A DNA stretch of 63,259 nucleotides, the filler included, from Octopus bimaculoides (lineage: Eukaryota): assembly GCF_001194135.2 (NCBI RefSeq). It is 4 parts of 3 records of this genome, joined end to end, with 100 filler letters (N's around TTAATTAATTAA, not from the genome) between each part and the next. Parts side by side here need not be neighbours in the genome. Positions count along the whole stretch, not along the records: positions 52,276 to 61,223 come from NC_068986.1; positions 61,324 to 63,259 come from NC_068981.1; 2 more parts are not named here. One strand, given 5' to 3'. Every line of letters starts with the position of its first letter. The first letter of the stretch is position 1. Below the pieces are notes generated by a model that had not been told where the DNA came from, did no database searches, and saw only the letters and a program-made list of their open reading frames with translations. Positions 53,455 through 63,259 of this stretch are shown piece after piece. The position numbers were made by a program, and so were the translations under genes.

Positions 53455-54422
53455 CTTTTTTAAAACGGGGGCCACATTTTTCATTAACGAAACACTTTGA
53501 AACTTGGAACACTGGTAGAATGTGTCATATAAAACATCTTTTTCTCTTAGTCTTCTTAAAAAAAAAAGAAATCCATAAGTTATTCCATGTGAAAGTTGTC
53601 GTATTTCTGTAATTTCAACCAATCACCGACGTCCATTCAGCCGATATACATTAAGTGCCGACTACATAAACAAACGATTCTGAAACAGTTANNNNNNNNN
53701 NNNNNNNNNNNNNNNNNNNNNNNNNNNNNNNNNNNNNNNNNNNNNNNNNNNNNNNNNNNNNNNNNNNNNNNNNNNNNNNNNNNNNNNNNNNNNNNNNNNN
53801 NNNNNNNNNNNNNNNNNNNNNNNNNNNNNNNNNNNNNNNNNNNNNNNNNNNNNNNNNNNNNNNNNNNNNNNNNNNNNNNNNNNNNNNNNNNNNNNNNNNN
53901 NNNNNNNNNNNNNNNNNNNNNNNNNNNNNNNNNNNNNNNNNNNNNNNNNNNNNNNNNNNNNNNNNNNNNNNNNNNNNNNNNNNNNNNNNNNNNNNNNNNN
54001 NNNNNNNNNNNNNNNNNNNNNNNNNNNNNNNNNNNNNNNNNNNNNNNNNNNNNNNNNNNNNNNNNNNNNNCCCTAACCCTAACCCTAACCCTAACCCTAG
54101 GGTTAGGGTTAGGGTTAGGGTTAGGGTTAAAGCAAATTTAAAATGAAAAAAGCAAATAAAACGAAGGGATGGAGATTAAATACGCTTTACATCGCTTAAT
54201 CAGCCAAAAGAGTAAATATAAACAACTGAATACTTGTCAGTGATTGGTTGAAATTATCGAAATAAGACAATTTTTTACATGAAATAAATTCGAATACAAA
54301 AATATTTTTCTGTTCTATAACACAAAATAGATAAGTATACGAAGTTTGAAAGTCTTTCCGTACCAAAAACACTACATAAAACATTAATGAAAAATGTGGC
54401 CCCCGTTTTAAAATAGATCCCG
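53455..54422. mobile_element. Foldback element with inverted arms of about 190 bp enclosing a telomeric-repeat palindrome
   Basis: 53455-53640 (gggatc..tttaaaacgggggccacatttttcattaa...aatttcaaccaatcac) is the diverged reverse complement of 54225-54422. The interior holds an N gap and (CCCTAA)4CCCTAGGG(TTAGGG)4 at 54071-54126. Confidence 0.75.
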
Positions 54423-54449
54423 AGAATGTAAACACAGCAACACCGGTTG

Positions 54450-54665
54450 TCAAGCAGTTGTTGGGGACAAACACTGACGCAAAGCCCCCCGCATGCGCGC
54501 GCGCACACGACCGGCTTCTTTTTAGTTTCCGTCTCCCAAATCCACTCACAAGGCTTTGGTCAGCCTGAAGCTATAGAAGAAGACGCTTACCCAAAGTGCC
54601 ACTCAGTGGGACTGAGCCCGGAACCATATGATTAGGAAGCGAGCTTCTTACCACACAGCCACGCC
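54450..54665 (-). mobile_element. tRNA-derived SINE (family of 35011)
   Basis: Reverse complement begins gtggctgtgtggtaagaagctcgcttcctaatcatatggttccgggctcagtcccactgagtggcactttgggtaagc; the tail start (caactgcttgacaaccggtgttg) is also present. Confidence 0.85.
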
Positions 54666-55069
54666 ACACGCATGTATATATATTTATATTTACACTCACA
54701 GACACACACGTATGCATATACATACACATGTATGTGTTTACATTAATATAAAACTATGTATGAGCTTGCGTGTAGCGAAGTAACATGAGAAACATACGTT
54801 TTGTTTTAAAAATACTTGCAGTACCTGCTCTGGTTAATCGATAATCGGTAGTGCTGGTCCTTTACCCTACTAATATTGTCATATTGATTTTCTTCCATAT
54901 TCATTATTCATTATGATAACCCGATCGTCGCATTCAACTTCGAAGCCGCTGTCTTGTATTCCATTTTGTAACCCCCCGACGTGTGTCTCATTTTCTCTCC
55001 TGGCTACAACACTCTCCTTCTTGTTTCACTCAACATATACATTTGTAGCTTTCTATTTGCTCTAAAGAG

Positions 55070-55170
55070 AATTTGATCGAACCAAAGAATATTTGTTATT
55101 ATCTTATTAGCTTCAAGCAAGACATCTTGTCAGATTCCATCTTCGGCCATCTTTTGTTGTCGTCATATTT
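55070..55170 (-). repeat. Dispersed repeat of about 95 bp; second copy at 60731-60822 (+)
   Basis: Minus gacaacaaaagatggccgaagatggaatctgacaagatgtcttgcttgaagctaataagataa aligns with plus ggcaacaaaagaacgccaaagatagaatctggcgagatgtcttgcttgtagccaatgagataa. Confidence 0.75.
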
Positions 55171-56735
55171 TAAGATGAAATATTAGCTGAAATGCTTTAG
55201 GGCAGTGAGATAGTGATCAGGAAGTCTTTATCGAAGTTTACAACAGCCACGTCACTGCAGCTACAAATGCCAGTCCGCCACAGAGGCGTCCATCGCATGT
55301 GAGATGCAAAATCCCCATGCCTGCAACGAGCGACGTACACATACATAATTTATTGATAGTGTGTGTGTGTGTGTGCAAACCCATTCACACGCAGTTTTCA
55401 TAAATTATACAATTTGCATCTTCGGTATGATTTTCCTCCAAGTGTTGTCAATGATTGTAGAATACATTAGCTAAGGTTTTCTCATTCTCTTTTACTTTTT
55501 ATTTTATTTTCTTTTCTTTATTTTTGCTCTACGTTATCACTCATCTCAACCGCTCCTCATACAGGTAGGTTTATGCTCAAAATACATGCCACGTAAACGT
55601 TTTTTTAAAATTGTTTTTATTTTTATTTAAAAAAGAATTTCTATTTCACCACACACGATTGAATTGCTTCTAAAATAAAGTAGCCATAGTGCAATATGTG
55701 GACTGGACCGTATGGTGAAACATTTTTTCTTCATTGCGCTGAAGGGAGTTAAAAACAGCTTGCTGTTTCTAAAACACAACAGACAAATCTGAAAAATACA
55801 GCATAACAAGAACGAAAATGCATGATACCTTGTACTGAACCGTAAAATCCCTTCAAACAGGACCCATTAGACTCGACAATGGTTCATATTTTATTTTACA
55901 AAAACTAAGGATATATCAACGTTTTTCTTAAAATGTGTAATTAGCTCATACCACTGGCCACTCTTGGATAATTTTTGTTCAAATTATGCTAATTATCTTG
56001 ACCATAAATATGTTCGACTCTTGTTTTGCATAAGTCCCTTGGCTTCTGGAGATAATTGTCAGATAATTATTCTCGACTGTACTCTTATCTCCAGCCAATA
56101 AGCCTGTCTTTTTCCTTAATAGCATGTCAAATTCTTGAATCTTGCTATTATCTCCCCTCCTCATGAGGAAATAGCCTTAATTCTCATTTGGTAATTATGA
56201 CACATTCTCTAGAGACGGAGATAATTTTTAATGAATCAAGAATTTAATGTTGTACGTTTATCTGATATACCTATATTTGTCTATGTTGTTCAAATACATG
56301 CCATTCGCCACTCAGTTATTTGTCTTAGCTCACTTTTATTTAGATTACCGGATATAATAATCACATAAACAAACAAAGAAACAAAGAAACAAAGAAAGAA
56401 ACAACACACAAGCAAACTTGCCTTTGGTTCTTCTAAGTAAAAAATGTCTACAGTCAGCTTACTTCACATCAAATGCTATAGAATATCTTCAGATTAGTAT
56501 CAATCAAATCTGCTTTATGCCAATTTGTAAACGATTCTGAAACTTTATTGATAAATTTTCTTTATGTATACAAATTCACTATTAGTATTTATTTTATTTT
56601 TATGATAAATACTATGGTTTTATTTATATCACATTACTATGATAATTGGACCGATATTAGTATGTGAGTGTGCGTGTGTGTGCTGGCCTATATTTGTGAG
56701 TATATACATATATGTGTGATGTGCATACACTAACA

Positions 56736-56799
<64 letters not shown>

Positions 56800-57485
56800 C
56801 ACACACAAACACACACACAATATATGCATATACATACATACTGATATATCTTTCAACTTTTTTTTAAAAATCTTTTATTTGTTTCAGTTGTTGCACTGCG
56901 GCCATGCTGGGACATCGCCTTGAAAAGTTTTAGTTAAAGGAATCGAACTCCGTACTTAATTTAGAGCTTGATACTTATCTTAACGGTCTCTTTTGCTAGA
57001 CTGGTATGTTGTGGGAACGGAAACAAACTAATATCGGTGGTCAAGCGGTAGGATGGGAGTGAAAATCCGTAGTATGTGTATTGTGTATGTATGTATGCAC
57101 ATGCACACACACAAACACATGCACACACATATATACTATGTATGTATGTGTGTGCGTATGCGCGTGTGTGTATATGCGTGTGTATGTGGGTATGTGTGTG
57201 TGTGCATATGTATACATACATAATTAATACACATACTACGGAATTTTACTCACAAGGCATTGGTCGGCCCAGGGCTATAGAAGAAGACATTTGCCCAAGG
57301 AGCTGCGTAGTAGGACTCAAACCCACTTGTATACACACACATACATACACACAAACACACACACACATATATATGTATATACATGCATACATACATACAT
57401 GCATACATACGTACATACATACATACATACATACATATATACATGCATACACACACACACACACATATATATATANNNNNNNNNN

Positions 57486-57545
<60 letters not shown>

Positions 57546-58992
57546 GAAGTCAATTGTTATAGCCGGTTAGAGAGTGACCCATTGGTTTTCGCATCTATAA
57601 AGCGCTTAGCCGTATCAGTGATTCGTCAGACTCAAACTGCCGAAGGCGTATAACCTCTCTGCAACTGGAGGAAGAAATACGTAACGGTCAGTTTGTTTTA
57701 AAAAACAATTGTCCATGCATAGATGCCGCAGGCGGGACGAGGTCTTTCCCCCTTACATCGGCTCCAGAAGTGGTGCTATCCAAAGATGTAGCCGGAGTAT
57801 GTAACGATCGAAACGTTGTAACTATAAGAAACAAACCGAGAGCACTAGTTTAAATACATCAGTGAGTGGTGGGATCTACATTGACTCTCGGGAAACAGTT
57901 GTTCTGTAGAAAATATCACTTTTCACTACTGTCACATGACCAAAAATGTGAATCGGGAACATATTGCTGATTACATCGATGCCAAATAGATAAGAGTAAA
58001 ACTAACCTTTTTTAGGATTTGAACCAAGAACATAAAGACAGATAATTCCATATTCTCATTAAATTAAAAAATTTTTTTTTTTCTAATTGCTAGAATCGTC
58101 TCTGTTTATGATGTTACTTAACATCAAATCGGCTCTGATCAAGAAATCTATGAATTTGTAAAATAAAAGATTCCTTAATTTTTCCCCAGCACAGAAGCGT
58201 ATCTACAGCTCCTCAAGCCATTGCAATAACCGCCTGTTACTTAAAAGGTTCTCCAGTTCCTGGCATTGAGCACTCTCCCTCTTTGACTCACGTAAACTGA
58301 TGTTTTGGTATATTTGATATTGAAGTTGAATCCAGTATGAATTAATTACCATCATTGCAATTCATATAGATGTAAGCACATACACAAACACTATAGCTTT
58401 TATAATGCTTCTTGCATTAAGTATATGAAATTTAATGTAACTATTGTATGACTTAATTGTTGTTTGGTTTTCGTCAAACCGAATCTGCCACAGCTTTGGC
58501 AGAATGATTAGAGTGTTGCACAAAATGCCTTGCGGTGTTAAGTTAGTGTTCTTTATATTCTTAACTTTAAATCCTACTGAGGTAAATCTTACGTTTCATT
58601 CTTTCAGGGTCAATAACATACAATACTAGTCAAGCACAGGTACCAATGCACATAATTCCTATAATATATCCTTGATGTTTTATATGGAATTATAATTAAA
58701 GAAGGTTCTGAGTTGATTCCTTTCCTCTTTATTTACTCTGCAAAGCAGTGATTTTGAACAGTAGTAAATAAAGCCTGCTGAGAGATGAGCCCTTTACCAG
58801 ACGCAATCGCTCAAACTAAAATATTGTATCTAGGACGCGATGATTAATGCTGATCTAACTCCCCACTAAGACAGTGTTTCTCATAAGAAGACCCTCTAAG
58901 GGGAGTACCTGAAAGGACTGAAATGGAGATGATAAATAGCCATACTTATTAAAATTATAATCGTTTTAGATTTATTAAACTTGTCCAGTATC

Positions 58993-59382
58993 GTTGTTGG
59001 CACTCCGTCGCTTACGACGTCGAGGGTTCCAGTTGATCCGATCAACGGAACAGCCTGCTCGTGAAATTAACGTGCAAGTGGCTGAGCACTCCACAGACAC
59101 GTGTGCCCTTAACGTAGTTCTCGGGGATATTCAGCCTGACACAGTGTGACAAGGCTGACCTTTTGAATTACAGGCACAACAGAAACAGGAAGTAAGAGTA
59201 AGAGTGAGAGAAAGTTGTGGTGAAAGAGTACGGCAGGGTTCGCCACCATCTCCTGCCGGAGCCTCGTGGAGCTTCAGGTGTTTTCGCTCAATAAACACAC
59301 ACAACGCCCGGTCTGGGAATCGAAACCGCGATCCTATGACCGCGAGTCCGCTGCCCTAACCACTGGGCCATTGCGCCTCCAC
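58993..59382 (-). mobile_element. Full-length tRNA-derived SINE (second family) with 11-bp target-site duplication
   Basis: Minus 5' end gtggaggcgcaaTGGCCCAGTGGttagggcagcggactc...cggTTTCGATTCCcag (A and B boxes). TGTCCAGTATC is repeated exactly at 58982-58992 and 59383-59393. Confidence 0.92.
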
Positions 59383-61370
59383 TGTCCAGTATCATGGCGA
59401 AGTAAAAAGAATTATATGAATGAAAAATATTTTGTTTTCTCATTAATAAAAAGGGTAGGGACAATAGATTTCCTTAAAATTTTCTGATGAGGCCCTGATA
59501 GTTGTTAGTTTTAGAAGCGTTTTGTTAAGAAAGGTGTAACATTTTGATTTTCATACCTGCGCTAGGTTTCAATACAGAGCGGGAACACAAGCTTTCTGCT
59601 TATGGCAGATGTTTTTTCTGTTCAATATTTGATTCAGATTTGAATATGTTTTATACTCTGAGACACTTTACACTATTTAGAGCAATGCAATAGCTCTGAT
59701 TTGATTGTAAACATATTTTACTTTCACAATAAAGTCAAGTAAATATCGTTACCAACATTTTTCGAAAATATCAATTTATTTAAGACTGTTTTCGTTGTCA
59801 TGGTTGTATATGCGCGTATGTGGGTGCGTGCGACGTGTGTGTGTGCGTGTGTGTGTATGTGTGTGTGTGCGTGTGCGTGGTGTGTGTGCGCGTGTGTGCA
59901 TATGTGTGTGCACGCTCATGTGAAGTGAATTAACATTTACTTTTTCTATATTTATATTGAATGTCACCAAGTTAGCATTATAGCATCTATTAGTAATATA
60001 TAAACTGGTCTGAACCGGTCTGAACCAAAAGTAATCGCTCCCCCACTGAGAAGGCAAGTAAATTTTCTTTAAACATTGACAACGAGAATTCTAAACGTTG
60101 TCTTCACAACGTCTTTAAAACCATAAAAATTACGAAACAGTCCAGATGAGCGACTTCCGCTTTCTCGTGTCAGTACGACATTTATCTACATAATAAATAA
60201 ATAAATAAATAAATAAAAATGAATAACTAACTAAATAAATAAATATCATAGCTTGTAAGATTCAATAAGCTAATAAAATTTAATAAATCTGTTCTGAAAG
60301 AAGAAAGACAAATTTTAAGACGAACTGCAAGCTAGCTTTCATATTTGCAAAAAAAAAAAGTTCATTTCTACAGAAATGTGCATTTACATAGAGAAGACAT
60401 AGAAAGGAAAGAGAAAAGAAAAAAAGAAAGAGGAAGAGAAAGGAGAAGGCAAAGAAGAGAGAATAAAGAAAGAAAGTAAGAAAGCGAAAAATGTAAAAGA
60501 AAAATAAGTAATAAGAGTGTCTTTGCCTTCATAATTTTCATATTTCAGCAAACATTTATATCGATATCTGGTGGCTTTGTTTTGTTTTTGTTTTTCTTTT
60601 TTCTTTAAAGATTCCGTGCAATTACAAAGGTCACAGTTTCTACGTTCGGTTAAAAATTATTCCTATTTCTAGAGAAGCATTTAAAATTCCTTTTTATCTC
60701 GTCTGAAAGTATCATCTCAGCTTAAAGAGGATGGCAACAAAAGAACGCCAAAGATAGAATCTGGCGAGATGTCTTGCTTGTAGCCAATGAGATAACGAAA
60801 TGTTCTTGAGTTCGGTCAAACGCACTTCAACATCTAACGTCTATGATTAATACTTTTTACTCAACTGTAATCGTTTGCCATCCCTAACTCCCCCCCACCT
60901 CTCTCTCTCTCTACCTTTTTCTCTCTCTCCCACTCGCTCGTTAATAATGAATAATTCATTACCAGACTTCATTTTGATGTATCATCTTTACTTAAATAAC
61001 ATCAAAACACACACAGAGAAACATACACACACACACACACACACACAAGACTTTACATGTCAAGGTTTTTTTTTTTCATGTCATTCCAGCTGTTTTGGAT
61101 GTCCTGGAACTAGAAGTATGAAAATACCCATTTTTGTAGGTTGTATTTTTCTCTAGGAACCAATTGATGTACTCACACAATATTAAAAATTAGTTTCCAA
61201 ACATACCTTTCCAAGCTGGCAATNNNNNNNNNNNNNNNNNNNNNNNNNNNNNNNNNNNNNNNNNNNNTTAATTAATTAANNNNNNNNNNNNNNNNNNNNN
61301 NNNNNNNNNNNNNNNNNNNNNNNTATATATATATATATATTAGAAGGTTTGGAGGTGATGTACAGGAATT

Positions 61371-61627
61371 ATATATTAGAAAAAATAAAGTACTCAGAGA
61401 TCTGGATGGTTGTACATTTACAGATTATTTATTAATATGTCACATGTTTTTATAAATCATATATTAGCCCTTGCATCTATTCTAGTAGAATCTCCACATT
61501 CTGGAGATATTACTAGAATAGATGCAAGCGCTAATATATGATTTATAAAAACATGTGACATATTAATAAATAATCTGTAAATGTACAACCATCCAGATCT
61601 CTGAGTACCTTATTTTTTCTAATATAT
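61371..61627. mobile_element. Near-perfect 257-bp hairpin MITE in TA-rich flanks
   Basis: Arms 61371-61487 and 61511-61627 (117 bp each) are reverse complements with two mismatches by eye; the spacer contains a further atctcca/tggagat stem. Confidence 0.92.
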
Positions 61628-61864
61628 ATATATAACAGAAATATGTTTCAAAAACAAAATAGAAAATAAGAACTACACGTGGAAAAGATATGGGGAAAGT
61701 AAGAAGAAAAAAGCGAAAGTGCACATTGGATATCAAAAACATAAAGGCCTTTGAAACTCATTATTTTGAATTGTTGGAGTGATTCAAAGTCATACCGGTA
61801 TCGTCAAGCACTGTTCACTGGCTTTGAATGAGCACCGATTTCCATATATACATATATATATATA

Positions 61865-61922
<58 letters not shown>

Positions 61923-62616
61923 CTGAATAGACTCCGAGTATAGACTATTAAATGGACCCCTGCTATAATCAACAACAACAACACCAACAACATCAGAAAA
62001 GAAACGTCAGGTTTACTTACATGGAATATTTTGTGGTGTTTGTCACCATTTCAGCTGTTGTAACATTGTGTGACATAAAAAGTATCGATATGTTAGTGAC
62101 AGGACATTGATCAGTTGGTGCTGGAGGTAGGTAAGGTGTTGGAGGAAGTGTACTTGAAAATATCGATCCAAACGCAAGCCACAGTGTAATGACTATGGCA
62201 CAGAGCGTACCAGCCAGCGCCCCCTGGAAATAATAGGAATGTCTTTAAGTGACACAAGGAGAAAAATTTATAGAGTAAGATTATAGTCAACTGGATAGAC
62301 TTCGAGTATAACTAAGAGTCAAACTCGGAGTAGAGTTAATTGAAAATAATCCCAGAATAATCTCTCGAGTAAACCTCAAGTTTTGTCGACTTAACTGTCT
62401 TTGTATGTAATCATTTAAACTTGGTTAAACTTGGAGTATCATTCATTGAACAAACTCTTAGAATAATCGATTGAATTGACTCCTAGTTTAATCTGTTAAT
62501 TATGTGTAATAAAACGAATAGACTCTCAACATGGTCAAATAAACTCAGAGTGTACTCAACTTTATAGACTGCCAGTACAACAAATTAAAATCTCTTTCTC
62601 TCTCTCTCTCTCTCTC

Positions 62617-63210
62617 GGTATATCGACTCAGAAAGGATAACAGACCAAGTCGACCTCGGCGGAATTTGAAATCAGAACGTAAACCCGGACGAAATTCGGC
62701 TAACCATTTTGGCCGGTGTGCTAACGATTCTGCCAGCTAACCGCCTTAATAATAATCCTTTCTACTCTAGGCACCAGGCCTGAAATTTTGAGGGGAAGGG
62801 TATAGTCGATTATATCGACTCCAGTATTTGACTGGTACTTATTTTATCGACCCAGAAAGGATAAAAGGCAAAGGCAAAGTCAACCTCGGCAGAATTTGAA
62901 CTCAGAACGTGAAGACACACGAAATGCTGCTAAGTATTTCGCCCAACGTGCTACCGATTCTGCCAGCTCGCCGCCTTAACAATAACAATAATAACAATAC
63001 TTTCTGCTATAGGCACAGAGTCTGGATTTTGAGGGGAGGCAGGCAGTCGATCATATCGACCCCAGTGTTTTATTGGTATTCAGTTTATCGACCCTGAAAG
63101 GATGAAAGGCAAAGTCGACCTCGGCGGAATTTGAAATCAGAACGTAGCGACGGGCGAAATACTGCTAAATATTTAACCCGGCGTGCTAACGAGTCTGCCA
63201 GCTCGACGTC

Positions 63211-63212
<2 letters not shown>
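62617..63212 (-). mobile_element. Three head-to-tail tRNA-derived SINEs (third family): 62617-62747, 62757-62977, 63000-63212
   Basis: Each reverse complement starts aaggcggcgagcTGGCAGAATCGttagcac...ttacgttctga(g/t)TTCAAATTCcgccgaggtcgactttgcctttcatcctttc...gtcgataaa. Copies are separated by short AAT/AAC tracts. Confidence 0.9.

Positions 63213-63259
<47 letters not shown>

Noticed and set aside
54071-54126. Interpretation as an ancestral telomere-telomere fusion site
   Set aside because: The polarity is CCCTAA then TTAGGG, opposite to a fusion; kept only as part of the foldback finding.
59300-59382. tRNA gene
   Set aside because: A and B boxes are present but no acceptor stem closes; it continues into a SINE body flanked by a TSD.

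Overview
This is AT-rich, microsatellite-saturated eukaryotic genomic DNA from a gapped draft assembly (many N runs, three TTAATTAATTAA spacers). The tRNA-derived SINE families and repeat landscape look like a coleoid cephalopod, probably Octopus; that is inference from recalled repeat families, not from a search. I can support only one host gene: the 3' end of a Cys-loop ligand-gated ion channel (nicotinic acetylcholine receptor-like) on the minus strand. It has a terminal MA-helix/M4 exon at 6629-6958 and a probable 75-nt loop exon at 7382-7456; I could not identify further upstream exons. The rest is mostly decayed mobile DNA: Penelope-like fragments (RT, linker, GIY-YIG), a Tx1/L1-clade LINE, an R4/Dong-like fragment inside a (TAA)n tract, several Tc1/mariner remnants and foldback/MITE hairpins, and many SINEs. 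Most ORF-track entries are translated microsatellites or gaps. The most unusual structure is a head-to-tail array at about 11.4-15.65 kb of three strongly diverged ORF1(gag-like)-only units with no RT or endonuclease. Each unit ends in a conserved 3' block and a poly(A) signal but no poly(A) tail, followed by an Inr-like AGTTG start; a putative 5'-UTR intron is present. The ORF1 is homologous to ORF1 of the Tx1-like LINE 30 kb away. No rRNA, true tRNA or CRISPR array is supported. All alignments and identities were judged by eye.
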